From NCBI GenBank assembly GCA_028712255.1, contig JAQTQJ010000002.1, forward strand, positions 22,846 through 86,845: 64,000 bases of DNA, in the 5' to 3' direction. Under the pieces are notes generated by a model. That model saw only the letters and a list, made by a program, of their open reading frames with translations. It was not told where the DNA came from and searched no databases. Shown here in pieces: positions 18,595 through 27,992 of this stretch (position 1 is its first letter; each line of letters opens with the position of its first letter). Source of the stretch: Candidatus Omnitrophota bacterium (GTDB lineage Bacteria; Omnitrophota; Gorgyraeia; Gygaellales; Profunditerraquicolaceae). A program made the translations under genes and the position numbers.

Positions 18595-19938
18595 ATGAAA
18601 ATCTATTTAGCATCAAAATCAAAAGCCAGAAAAAAATTGTTAGATAAGTTTGGCTTGAAATTCAAAGCCTTTCCTTCTAAAGTCAAAGAAGTAAATAAAC
18701 GCGGTAATTTATCTTATGCGCAATTAGTTAAGAATAATGCGCGCAATAAGGCCAAAGATGTAGCTTCGAAAGTAAAAGAGGGCATTATTATTGCCGCCGA
18801 TACTATTTGCGTACAGAATGGGTTGATATTTGGCAAACCTAAAAATATTCAAGATGCCCGTCGAATGCTTAAAAAACTATCCAGCGCCCCGCAGTGGCTT
18901 TATACTGGGATAGCAGTGATCAAAAAAGACAAAAGCACAGAAAAGTTAGTATTAGATTATGAAAAAACAAAAGTCCATATGGACAGATTAAACGATAAAG
19001 AAATCAGTAAATATTTTAAACAGGTATCTCCAATGGATAAAGCAGGGAGTTTTGATATACAGGGGAAGGGGGCGTTTTTTATTAAGAAGATAGATGGCTG
19101 TTTTTATAACGTCGTAGGTTTGCCTTTACGAAAACTTTATCATATCTTTAAAAGGTTTGGGGTACTCTCTGTAATCTGTTTTGTCTTATTGCTTTGTGGC
19201 TGTTCTACCGAGTATAATCTTGTCACTAAACAGGAGGAGCAATATTATTACAGTACAGATAAAGAAGTGGCGATGGGACAGGCGATTAACCGCCAGGTAG
19301 AAAAAGAATTAAAATTCTCTAATGACCCTTTGCAGAAAAAACGCCTGGAGGATATCGGTAAGAAGATCGTCGCAGTAAGCGATAGAAAAGAGATCGATTA
19401 TTATTTTCAGGTTTTGCAGGATGATACCGTGAATGCCGTTTCTTTGCCCGGAGGCTACATCTACGTAAATACCGGATTATTGGATAAAGTTTCTAGTGAT
19501 GATGAGTTGGCTTGCGTTTTGGCGCACGAAGTCGGCCATATCGTTGCCCGGCATTCTATTAAAAAACTTCAGGCAATGCAAAGCTTTTCTATATTAAGAT
19601 TGTTGGTAGCTGTAGCTCCTACTGGCGGCTCAGGAGAAATCGGTAATGCCGCCGATATTGCTTTTACCCAATTTCTCCTTGGATATAGCCGGGAGGATGA
19701 GTTGCTGGCGGATCAATTGGGGGCCCGTTATGCTAAGCGGGCCGGCTATGATCCGCACGCGATGATTACTTTTTTAAATAAACTGCAGGATATAAACCGT
19801 AGGATGCCACTTCAGGAACAATCATATTTTAAAACCCACCCCTATGTTCCTGACAGGATTAGAATTGTTAAGCAGGAAATTGGCGAGCCAATTAAATTTA
19901 GCGATTATATCAATATTGAACAGAAGCCGCATGAATAA
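18595..19938 (+). CDS. Single ORF joining an N-terminal Maf nucleotide pyrophosphatase domain to a signal-peptide/TM segment and an M48 zinc metallopeptidase (HEVGH)
   Basis: Residues 1 to about 188 are Maf-like (IYLASKS…GLPL). Then VLSVICFVLLLCGC (lipoprotein-like signal), then the M48 HExxH motif HEVGHIVARH. No stop or plausible internal start lies between the domains. Confidence 0.7.
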   Translation: MKIYLASKSKARKKLLDKFGLKFKAFPSKVKEVNKRGNLSYAQLVKNNARNKAKDVASKVKEGIIIAADTICVQNGLIFGKPKNIQDARRMLKKLSSAPQWLYTGIAVIKKDKSTEKLVLDYEKTKVHMDRLNDKEISKYFKQVSPMDKAGSFDIQGKGAFFIKKIDGCFYNVVGLPLRKLYHIFKRFGVLSVICFVLLLCGCSTEYNLVTKQEEQYYYSTDKEVAMGQAINRQVEKELKFSNDPLQKKRLEDIGKKIVAVSDRKEIDYYFQVLQDDTVNAVSLPGGYIYVNTGLLDKVSSDDELACVLAHEVGHIVARHSIKKLQAMQSFSILRLLVAVAPTGGSGEIGNAADIAFTQFLLGYSREDELLADQLGARYAKRAGYDPHAMITFLNKLQDINRRMPLQEQSYFKTHPYVPDRIRIVKQEIGEPIKFSDYINIEQKPHE

Positions 19939-21064
19939 GTTAATTTGTTCTTTAGCGATAATTTTATTAGTTTTTATTTATTTTTATGCAGGCCTACCTG
20001 TTGGGCGGGTAGGGAAAATTTTACCGCAAGAAAAATTGGATAAAGATTTAATAAAATTAAATAAAATAAATATGGATAATCCTTTCGGGGTTCTTGAATT
20101 TCTACATTGGAATCATTCTTGGAATAATTACAAATATCCCAGCAATCTTGACCTAGAAAAGGCCGTCTCTCTGATGCAAAGTGCCGGAGTTGGTTGGATA
20201 AGATTGGATTTCCTATGGGAAGATATCGAGCCGGCTGAGGGTAACTTTGATTTTGCAAAATATGATAATATTGTTAAATTAGTTAGGAGTAAAGGAATCT
20301 ATATTCTAGGTATATTGCATTACAGTACAGGTTGGGCTTCCTCATGCAGAGAATGGAATTGTCCGCCTAAAGATAACACTTTATTTATTAATTACACAAA
20401 CAAAGTTATCCAACGCTATAAGGAACAGATTAAATACTGGGAGATTTGGAATGAGCCGGATTCTGTTACCTATTGGAAACAACAGGATGGCCTTAAGTCT
20501 TACTGCGTTTTATTAAAAGAAGTATATCTTGCGGCTAAGAAAATTGATCCGGATTGTAAAATTTTAAATGGCGGCCTTGCTAATGGGCTCTCAAGTATCA
20601 ACCATCTTTATGATAACGGCGCAAAAGATTATTTTGACATATTAAACCTGCATTTTTTTCAAAACCCATTATTCGGGAACAATGCCATGAGAGCTATAGC
20701 CACTTTCCCTAAGCTTGCTTATAAGATAATGGTGCGTAACGGGGATGCAAATAAGAAAATATGGATAACTGAAATTGGTTGTCCGGGAGTAAGGACGGGA
20801 TTACAAACAAATAACTGGTGGCTGGGAGATAATCCCAGTGAATCTGAGCAGTCCAGGTGGCTTAAAGATGTGTATATTGAATTGTTAAAAAATCCGCGGG
20901 TAGAGAAGATTTTTTGGGCATTTTTCCGGGATACTAAAGATCACTGGAAAAATGGAGTGGATTATTTTGGTTTAGTGCGTTGGGATTATTCGTGTAAACC
21001 TTCTTTTAAGGCTTATCAAGAATGTTTTAAAGAATGGAAAAGAGATAAGAATTTAAAAAAATAA
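19931..21064 (+). CDS. Secreted glycoside hydrolase, clan GH-A TIM barrel (GH5-like)
   Basis: N-terminal signal anchor, catalytic acid motif WEIWNEPD, and putative nucleophile region WITEIG. Confidence 0.6.
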   Translation: MNKLICSLAIILLVFIYFYAGLPVGRVGKILPQEKLDKDLIKLNKINMDNPFGVLEFLHWNHSWNNYKYPSNLDLEKAVSLMQSAGVGWIRLDFLWEDIEPAEGNFDFAKYDNIVKLVRSKGIYILGILHYSTGWASSCREWNCPPKDNTLFINYTNKVIQRYKEQIKYWEIWNEPDSVTYWKQQDGLKSYCVLLKEVYLAAKKIDPDCKILNGGLANGLSSINHLYDNGAKDYFDILNLHFFQNPLFGNNAMRAIATFPKLAYKIMVRNGDANKKIWITEIGCPGVRTGLQTNNWWLGDNPSESEQSRWLKDVYIELLKNPRVEKIFWAFFRDTKDHWKNGVDYFGLVRWDYSCKPSFKAYQECFKEWKRDKNLKK

Positions 21065-21095
21065 TGGTATACTTAAAGTAAGGGGGGTGATTTTC

Positions 21096-21482
21096 TTGAA
21101 AAAGAAAATAATGATAATTGATGATGAAGAGAATTTCGCCTTATTACTTAAAATACGCCTTGAGTATTCCGGTAGTTACGAAGTTATGGCTGCCACCGAG
21201 GCAAAAGATATAATTGAACGTATCCATGTTTTTAAGCCGGATGTTATTCTGTTAGATTTACTTATGCCTGGTATCGGAGGGTTGGATGTTTGCGAAATGC
21301 TTAATAATGACCCTTTTGGCCAGGCTATTCCGATAATAGTAGTTTCGGGATTAGATAAAAGTGCGGATAAGATTGAGGCTTTTAAATTGGGAATTACTGA
21401 TTATTTTGTTAAGCCTGTTGATGATGCCAAGCTTATTGAAGCGATAGAAAAAGCTATAAAATCTAAATCAGAGCAATCCTAA
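21096..21482 (+). CDS. Stand-alone response-regulator receiver-domain protein (CheY-like)
   Basis: IMIIDDEE…DVILLDLLMPG…KP motifs. Start is ambiguous: GTG 21087, TTG 21096 or ATG 21111. Confidence 0.75.
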   Translation: MKKKIMIIDDEENFALLLKIRLEYSGSYEVMAATEAKDIIERIHVFKPDVILLDLLMPGIGGLDVCEMLNNDPFGQAIPIIVVSGLDKSADKIEAFKLGITDYFVKPVDDAKLIEAIEKAIKSKSEQS

Positions 21483-21493
21483 GTTTTAATTAG

Positions 21494-21574
21494 TGCGGAG
21501 GAAGAGACTTGAACTCTTATGGGTTGCCCCACACGCTTCTGAGACGTGCGCGTCTGCCATTCCGCCACCCCCGC
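21494..21574 (-). tRNA. tRNA-Leu (anticodon CAG)
   Basis: Reverse complement folds as a cloverleaf. Acceptor GCGGGGG/CCUCCGC, anticodon loop CUCAGAA, long variable arm, T-arm AAGAG-TTCAAGT-CTCTT. No encoded CCA. Confidence 0.8.
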
Positions 21575-21630
21575 AAAAATCAGATTTAAGTATATCTTAG
21601 CTCACTAATCCTGTCAACCGGTTAAAACTA

Positions 21631-21683
21631 GGGGACGGTTCTGCTTTTCTCGAGGCTAACGCTAGAAAAGTAGAACCGTCCTC
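21631..21683. terminator. Long imperfect hairpin of the ggggacggttct family
   Basis: ggggacggttctgcttttctcg…tagaaaagtagaaccgtcc forms an ~19-bp stem, followed by ttgattt. Confidence 0.45.
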
Positions 21684-21768
21684 TTGATTTAAATGAATTG
21701 CGGCTGCGTTTTTTTGCTGTTATAATACGAGTTTACTAAGGAGCCTGCCTGCCGGCAGGGAGAAAAGA

Positions 21769-22725
21769 GTGTTTTTGGAACATTTTAAGATTACCGGTTT
21801 TGCTATGGCCCAGATATTTATTTTGGGGGCTTTAGGTTATATTTTGGTGAGGAAAAATATGCTTTCCCACTCCGGCCTTGACGCTTTAAGCCGTTTGGTG
21901 ATACAGGTTATTTTTCCAGCGATGATTTTTACTCAGTTGATGCAGAATTTTAGCTTTAGTCTTTATCCGAATTGGTGGATTTTCCCTCTGGTTAGCCTAG
22001 TAATCACTGCTTGTGGACTGTTGGTAGGTTTCTTTTTACTCAAGCTTATTAAATTAAAAAATCATAAATTGCAATTTTTAAGCCTTGTAGGTTTTCAGAA
22101 CTCCGGGTATTTACCTTTGGCGATGGTAGCATCGATATTTTCAGGTCAACAGATGAGCAGTATTTTTATTTATATATTTCTATTTCTATTGGGTTTTGAT
22201 CTGGTGGCTTGGTCATTGGGAATGTATATGCTTACCTACGATAAAGAGGCAAAGTTTAAACTTCAGCATATTTTTAGCCCCCCGGTAATTGCAAATTTAT
22301 CGACCCTCGCTCTTATCGCGCTGGGTTTAAATAAATTTATTCCGGCTGTTTTATCGAAGCCTATTCAAATGGTGAGTAATTGCGCTTTGCCTTTGGCTTT
22401 AATTGTCGTCGGGGGAAATGTCGCTTTAGTGCAGCTGAAGAATATTGATAAAAAAACTGTCTTCTTTTTCCTTCTGGGGAAGTTGATTATTCTGCCGGCA
22501 TTAGGCATATGGGTGGTACTTAAATTGGGGCTACCGCAATTATTTGGTTTTTTAATCGTTATGCAGCTAGCTATGCCTTCGGCGACTTCTTTATCGGTGA
22601 TTATTCGCCATTACAATAAAGAAGATGCTTTGATTAGCCAAGGAGTATTTTTTAGCCACGTCATTAGCCTGGTTACTATACCGTTATTTTTAGGTTTATA
22701 TTTATCGCTGGTTGTGCTAAAATGA
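21769..22725 (+). CDS. AEC-family (auxin efflux carrier-like) membrane transporter
   Basis: About 10 predicted TM helices in two halves, with a glycine/proline-rich loop pattern typical of the AEC family. Confidence 0.65.
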   Translation: MFLEHFKITGFAMAQIFILGALGYILVRKNMLSHSGLDALSRLVIQVIFPAMIFTQLMQNFSFSLYPNWWIFPLVSLVITACGLLVGFFLLKLIKLKNHKLQFLSLVGFQNSGYLPLAMVASIFSGQQMSSIFIYIFLFLLGFDLVAWSLGMYMLTYDKEAKFKLQHIFSPPVIANLSTLALIALGLNKFIPAVLSKPIQMVSNCALPLALIVVGGNVALVQLKNIDKKTVFFFLLGKLIILPALGIWVVLKLGLPQLFGFLIVMQLAMPSATSLSVIIRHYNKEDALISQGVFFSHVISLVTIPLFLGLYLSLVVLK

Positions 22726-23177
22726 GTAAGATTATTATAACTAACCGCAAAGCCTATAGGGATTATGAAGTTCTGGAGTCTATAGAAAGCGGCATCGAGC
22801 TTAAGGGCTCAGAAGTAAAATCCCTGCGCGCAGGGAAAATTAATTTAGACGATAGCTTTGCTCGTCCTGAGAAAGAAGAACTTTTCTTATATAACGCCCA
22901 TATTAGCCATTATACAGAGGCTAGTTATTTAAATGTTGATCCGGACCGGCCTCGTAAGCTTCTTTTGCATAAGAATCAGATTCAAAGAATTATTGGAAAA
23001 CTTACCCAAAAAGGCCTGACTCTAGTTCCATTAAAGATCTATTTCAATGACCGGGGTTTTGTTAAGGTGGATTTAGCGCTTTGTCGTGGAAAGAAACTTT
23101 ATGATAAGCGAGCAAGTATTAAGCGCAGGGAAACAGACCGTGAAATGCGCAGGGCAGTAAAGAGTAGAAGAAAATAG
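22722..23177 (+). CDS. smpB: SsrA-binding protein
   Basis: IAxNRKAxxDY…GxEVKS signature and a basic C-terminal tail. Followed immediately by tmRNA. Confidence 0.9.
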   Translation: MSKIIITNRKAYRDYEVLESIESGIELKGSEVKSLRAGKINLDDSFARPEKEELFLYNAHISHYTEASYLNVDPDRPRKLLLHKNQIQRIIGKLTQKGLTLVPLKIYFNDRGFVKVDLALCRGKKLYDKRASIKRRETDREMRRAVKSRRK

Positions 23178-23181
23178 GTAT

Positions 23182-23586
23182 GGGGGTGAAAGGGTTCGAC
23201 TTAAGATATGTCGGATAAAAGCAGCATGCCGCGGACGCATGGTTAGCCGCGTTAATAATCCGTGCACAATTCAAACGCAAACACGACAGTGTCACGTTTA
23301 GGAACATTTGTCCAGCCGTCTTTTGCGGCTAGACCGATGTTTCTTCCAGCCTACTGCCCTAATTAAGGCAGTAGCCTCTAACCGTCCAGCCTACGGGATG
23401 GATTAGGGCCTTGGTAGGATAGTCTCGGCGGTTAGCCTTCCAAACTGGGATGAAATCGAAAAGGCTGCGCTTTGCAAATCCTGCCTTATAGAAGTTGCAA
23501 AGCTAAGACAAATTATAAGGCTAAGCATGTAGCGGCTTCTATTCGATTACTTAGGGACGGCGGTTCAATTCCGCCCACCTCCACCA
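23182..23586 (+). ncRNA. ssrA: Transfer-messenger RNA (tmRNA)
   Basis: 5' end GGGGGUGAAAGGGUUCGAC and 3' end GGACGGCGGUUCAAUUCCGCCCACCUCCACCA form a tRNA-Ala-like acceptor/T-arm with encoded CCA. The gene lies immediately downstream of smpB. The tag ORF could not be resolved. Confidence 0.85.
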
Positions 23587-23593
23587 AAAGTTT

Positions 23594-23959
23594 ATGGAAG
23601 AAAAACGTAAATCAATCAGAATTAGTAAACCGCTTCTTCTCAGGTTGAAGGACGCAGCCGGAAAATCTCAAATCCTTTATATTAGTAATATTAATCAGGA
23701 AGGGATTTGTTTTATCAGCCAGGTTCAGCTTCCGGAAGGAGGGTATGTTGAAGTGTCTTTAAAGCTTCCTGTCCTGCCGCATGAATGGCTTGATTGCAGG
23801 TGTAAAGTTTTAGAATCCAAAGACATAACAAAATTTCCCGGAGCTTTTATCAGTGGTTTCCGTAACCGCGTAAAATTTGATTCTATTTCTGAACAGACGA
23901 TGATATTCATTAAAGACTACTGCGATTTTGCCGTTAAACAGAACAGAGCGCATCTTTGA
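23594..23959 (+). CDS. PilZ-domain protein (putative c-di-GMP receptor)
   Basis: N-terminal RxxxR-like stretch (KRKSIRISKP) and a D/NxSxGG-like stretch (NINQEGICF) in a ~120-aa protein. Confidence 0.5.
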   Translation: MEEKRKSIRISKPLLLRLKDAAGKSQILYISNINQEGICFISQVQLPEGGYVEVSLKLPVLPHEWLDCRCKVLESKDITKFPGAFISGFRNRVKFDSISEQTMIFIKDYCDFAVKQNRAHL

Positions 23960-24021
23960 AGAGGCGTAAGTAAGGAAAATAACAAAAGGCCGATACCGGC
24001 ACCCATAAGTCAATAGTTGCT

Positions 24022-25107
24022 ATGATGATTAAAAAATTAAATATATTATTTTTCTTAGCCATACTTTTAATCTCTGGTTGCGTCACGGTTCCTACTGGCG
24101 AGAATATCGCGACGTATTCAATAGGCGGGAAAACTTATTATCCTTTGGTCAGTTTATGTGATTTACGCGGCGTCCAGATGCAGTATGAGCCGCTCACGCG
24201 CACTACCTATCTGAACAGAGATGCTAATTCCGTAAATCTAAGGGCGCAAGATACTTTGGTCTTAGTTAATAATAACGTAATGCATTTAAATTCTCCCATT
24301 GATATCTATCAAGGCACGATTGTGGTGCCTCAACAATTTAAGGAACAGGTTTTTGATGTATTATTTAGTCAAGCTACTATGGCCTATCACCGCCGGCCGG
24401 GTACAGGTAAAATAAAATTAACTAAGGTGGTTATCGATGCCGGCCATGGAGGCAATGATCCTGGGGCAATTGGTAGAAGTGGTTTGAGAGAGAAAGATGT
24501 AAATTTAGATATTGCCAAAAGATTAAGTAATCTTTTAAGGGCAGAAGGTGTTGTGACAGTGCTTACCCGTTCAAGTGACAGGTTTATTTCGTTATCCGGC
24601 CGGGTCAATATCGCCAATAAATCAGGGGCAGATTTATTTATCAGTATTCATTCTAATGCTGCGCGTAGCCGTTCGTTGAACGGTTTTGAAGTTTATTATG
24701 TTGCTCCCAGTGTAAGTGATTCTAAGCGCGCTGCCCTTACGGCAAGGAGCGCTTCATTAAATTTAAAAGACGCTGTTTTTGCCGGCAGCAATCAGGATTT
24801 AAAGGCGATTGTCTGGGATATGATTTATACCAATAGCCGGGCCGAATCAATAGAGCTATCCCGCTCTGTATGTAAGATTATGGATGGTTGTATTGATGCT
24901 AATATTTTAGGGGTAAAAAATGCGCGTTTTCAAGTATTAAAAGGGATTAGGATGCCCGGTGTATTGATTGAGGTTGGTTTTGTCTCTAATTCAAATGAAG
25001 AAAGATTGTTGAAGACTGGCGCATATCGTCAAAAATTAGCCGAAGGTATATTGGAAGGCCTGCGGGATTATTCACAAGATATGGCATTAGTAGAGTTATT
25101 AAAATGA
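24022..25107 (+). CDS. amiC: N-acetylmuramoyl-L-alanine amidase (Amidase_3, AmiC-like) lipoprotein
   Basis: Lipobox LLISGC, AMIN-like N-domain, then VIDAGHGG…D.GA and FISIHSNA motifs. Confidence 0.85.
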   Translation: MMIKKLNILFFLAILLISGCVTVPTGENIATYSIGGKTYYPLVSLCDLRGVQMQYEPLTRTTYLNRDANSVNLRAQDTLVLVNNNVMHLNSPIDIYQGTIVVPQQFKEQVFDVLFSQATMAYHRRPGTGKIKLTKVVIDAGHGGNDPGAIGRSGLREKDVNLDIAKRLSNLLRAEGVVTVLTRSSDRFISLSGRVNIANKSGADLFISIHSNAARSRSLNGFEVYYVAPSVSDSKRAALTARSASLNLKDAVFAGSNQDLKAIVWDMIYTNSRAESIELSRSVCKIMDGCIDANILGVKNARFQVLKGIRMPGVLIEVGFVSNSNEERLLKTGAYRQKLAEGILEGLRDYSQDMALVELLK

Positions 25108-25895
25108 GTTCAATCGGAGTTTTTGATTCAGGGGTAGGAGGGCTTACGGTAGCCAGGGAGATAATTCGCCAGCTGCCTAATGAAAATATAGTTTATTTCG
25201 GTGACACTGCCCGTGTCCCTTACGGGATTAAATCACCGCAGACGGTTATCCGTTTTTCGATTGAGAATATTTTATTTTTATTAAAACAGGATGTTAAGCT
25301 TATTTGTGTTGCTTGTAATACAGCGTCTAGCTTTGCTCTTCCGGTAATAAAAAATCATTTCCGCGCTCCAATTATCGGTGTCATTACTCCCGGAGTAAGA
25401 GAGGCAGTTTATGCCTCGCAGAATAAGCGCATCGGGGTAATCGGGACCAAAGGCACAATCAAAAGCCGTACTTACGAAATAGAGATTAAGCAGCTTGATC
25501 CTAAGGCTAAAGTTACCGTCGTAGCCTGTCCTTTGTTTGTTCCTTTTGTTGAAGAGGGTTGGCTTAGCGGTGAAGTTGTTTTGAGTGTGGCCAAAGAGTA
25601 TTTGAAACCGCTTCGAGAGGCTGGGGTGGATACAGTAATTTTAGGCTGCACGCATTATCCTTTGCTAAAACCGGTGATTCAGGAAATATTAGGTAAAAAT
25701 GTTACTTTAATTGATTCTGCTAAACAGGTTGCTTTTGAGGTCAAGAAAATTTTAGCCAGCGAAGATATGCTTAATCGCGGTAAGGGTGGTAAGCACAAAT
25801 TTTATGTCAGCGATAACCCGGAGTGGTTTAGTTCCTTGGCTCAGAGATTTATGGGTAGAAAATTAACTAACGTTAAGAAGGTGGATAATGTATAG
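25104..25895 (+). CDS. murI: Glutamate racemase
   Basis: IGVFDSGVGGLTV, CNTAS and GCTHYP motifs. Confidence 0.9.
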   Translation: MSSIGVFDSGVGGLTVAREIIRQLPNENIVYFGDTARVPYGIKSPQTVIRFSIENILFLLKQDVKLICVACNTASSFALPVIKNHFRAPIIGVITPGVREAVYASQNKRIGVIGTKGTIKSRTYEIEIKQLDPKAKVTVVACPLFVPFVEEGWLSGEVVLSVAKEYLKPLREAGVDTVILGCTHYPLLKPVIQEILGKNVTLIDSAKQVAFEVKKILASEDMLNRGKGGKHKFYVSDNPEWFSSLAQRFMGRKLTNVKKVDNV

Positions 25896-26244
25896 TTTAA
25901 AAATAGAAGGTACTTTTAGTTCCGCGCATAATTTAAGAGGCTACAAAGGTAAATGTGAGGATTTGCATGGCCATAACTGGCGCATAGAGGCAATCGTTAA
26001 ATCAGAGAAACTAAATAATATCGGTATAGTGGTAGATTTTAAAGAACTGAAGAAGAAATTAAATGCTGTTTTGGAAGAGTTGGACCATAAATATCTAAAT
26101 AAACTAGCTTATTTTAAAAAAGTAAACCCAACAAGCGAGAATATCGCAAAATATCTTTATAAGAAACTTGCAACCAAAATTCCCTTATTGAGTTCTGTGA
26201 CTGTTTGGGAGAATTCTACCAGTTGCGCTACTTATGAAGAATAA
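25888..26244 (+). CDS. queD: 6-carboxy-5,6,7,8-tetrahydropterin synthase
   Basis: SAHNL…CEDLHGHNW motif. Confidence 0.85.
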   Translation: MYSLKIEGTFSSAHNLRGYKGKCEDLHGHNWRIEAIVKSEKLNNIGIVVDFKELKKKLNAVLEELDHKYLNKLAYFKKVNPTSENIAKYLYKKLATKIPLLSSVTVWENSTSCATYEE

Positions 26245-26893
26245 ATTTCCCAAGCAGGCGGTGGTGCTGCTGTCGGGTGGCCTGGATTCGGCAACGGTTT
26301 TATATTTTGCCAAGGCACTTGGCTACACCTGCTACTGTTTAATTTTTGATTATGGACAGCTCCATAAAAAAGAAATCAATTGTGCTGTTAATGTCGCCAA
26401 AGCAAGCCGATCAATATATCGAATTTTAAAAATCGATTTTCCCTGGAAAGGCTCAGCGCTCTTAGATAAGAAAATAAAAGTTCCGGATAAAATTACTAAA
26501 GGTATTCCGGCCACTTACGTGCCGGCGCGTAACATTATATTTTTAAGTTTTGCTTTGTCATTTGCCGAAACAATTAATGCGCAGGCGATTTTTATTGGAG
26601 CGCACGCGCAGGATTATTCCGGATATCCTGATTGCCGGCCTGAGTTTTTTAGGGCTTTTGTTAAAATGGCCAAAGCTGGTACTTTAGGCGCAGGCAAGAT
26701 TAAAATTTTAGCTCCGTTGTTAAACCGGAAGAAAGCGCAGATTATAAGCCTGGGGCTTAAACTTAATGTACCTTATAAATTAACTTGGTCATGTTATCGT
26801 GGGGCAAAAATGCCTTGTGGAAAATGTGATAGTTGCCATTATCGTGCAAAAGGTTTTAAAGAGGCGGGTTTAGTCGATCCGTTAATCGATTGA
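26234..26893 (+). CDS. queC: 7-cyano-7-deazaguanine synthase
   Basis: PP-loop LLSGGLDS and C-terminal Cys cluster CGKCDSCHYR. Confidence 0.9.
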   Translation: MKNKFPKQAVVLLSGGLDSATVLYFAKALGYTCYCLIFDYGQLHKKEINCAVNVAKASRSIYRILKIDFPWKGSALLDKKIKVPDKITKGIPATYVPARNIIFLSFALSFAETINAQAIFIGAHAQDYSGYPDCRPEFFRAFVKMAKAGTLGAGKIKILAPLLNRKKAQIISLGLKLNVPYKLTWSCYRGAKMPCGKCDSCHYRAKGFKEAGLVDPLID

Positions 26894-27561
26894 AGGCCAG
26901 GATTTCCGAGATATTTGATAGCGTGCAGGGAGAAGGGCTGTATTTGGGTGAAAAACAGATCTTTGTGCGTTTTTTTAATTGTAACTTAAGCTGTACTTAC
27001 TGTGATACTAAACCAGACCGGTTTATAGAATATGAACCGCATGAACTTTTTGAAGAGATTAAGCTTTACCGTGATAAATACCATTCTGTTTCATTCACCG
27101 GAGGGGAACCGCTTTTATATAAAGATTTTTTAAAAGAGATATTGAAACTTACTTCAAAGCACGGCCATAAGCATTATTTAGAGACAAACGGCACATTATT
27201 TTTTGAGTTGGAGGATATAATCGACCGCATAGATATCGTGGCTATGGATCTAAAGTTTCCAAGTTCAAGCGGAATGGGAAATCTTTGGAATATGCACAGG
27301 AAGTTTCTTAAGGTTGCTGTTAATAAAGAAGTGTTCCTTAAAGCAATTATTTGCCTGGCTACGCAAAAAGAAGATTTGATGGAGGCACTGAGCCTGATTA
27401 GGGAGGTAAGCCCTTCCAGTGTTTTAGTTTTACAGCCGAACAGTTATGAAAATCAAGATGTTTTGAATGTAAAACTGTCGCAGTTTAGAGAGATAGCCAG
27501 CCGGCATAAAGTTACAGCGTGTGTTATACCACAGATTCATAAAATAGTGGGGTTACGATGA
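26890..27561 (+). CDS. queE: 7-carboxy-7-deazaguanine synthase (radical SAM)
   Basis: CNLSCTYCDT radical-SAM motif after the SVQGEG N-terminus. Confidence 0.85.
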   Translation: MKARISEIFDSVQGEGLYLGEKQIFVRFFNCNLSCTYCDTKPDRFIEYEPHELFEEIKLYRDKYHSVSFTGGEPLLYKDFLKEILKLTSKHGHKHYLETNGTLFFELEDIIDRIDIVAMDLKFPSSSGMGNLWNMHRKFLKVAVNKEVFLKAIICLATQKEDLMEALSLIREVSPSSVLVLQPNSYENQDVLNVKLSQFREIASRHKVTACVIPQIHKIVGLR

Positions 27562-27992
27562 AAAATAAACGAGGAAAAATGTCTGCCATAAATGGTGGCG
27601 GAAAGAAATCCGATTACGAAGGTTTACAGAGAAATATTCGAAAATTTAAAACTCCTTCTATTGAAGTTTGGCTTAATCAATACGCGGATAAGCTTTATAC
27701 GATTGACCTGGATATTCCGGAGTTTACTTGTATCTGTCCAAAAACGGGCTTACCGGATTTTGCGACTATTCGGATAGAATATTCTCCGGCTAAATTCTGC
27801 GTAGAGTTAAAATCTTTTAAGATGTATACTATATCTTTTCGCAATTTAGGGATTTTTCATGAGCATTTAATTAATAAAATGCTTGAGGATTTTGTGGCTG
27901 TGGTCAGGCCGCGCTGGTTAAAGATTAGTGGAATTTTTAATCCTCGGGGCGGTATTACTACGACTGTCTCAAGAGAATATAAAGCTAAATGA
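27558..27992 (+). CDS. queF: NADPH-dependent 7-cyano-7-deazaguanine reductase
   Basis: EFTCICPKTGLPDFATI catalytic Cys motif. The start may be the internal ATG around 27576. Confidence 0.85.
   Translation: MKNKRGKMSAINGGGKKSDYEGLQRNIRKFKTPSIEVWLNQYADKLYTIDLDIPEFTCICPKTGLPDFATIRIEYSPAKFCVELKSFKMYTISFRNLGIFHEHLINKMLEDFVAVVRPRWLKISGIFNPRGGITTTVSREYKAK

Noticed and set aside
23073-23307. Two short minus-strand ORFs (64 and 62 codons)
   Set aside because: Overlap the smpB 3' end and the tmRNA gene. The tmRNA is strongly supported by its conserved ends.
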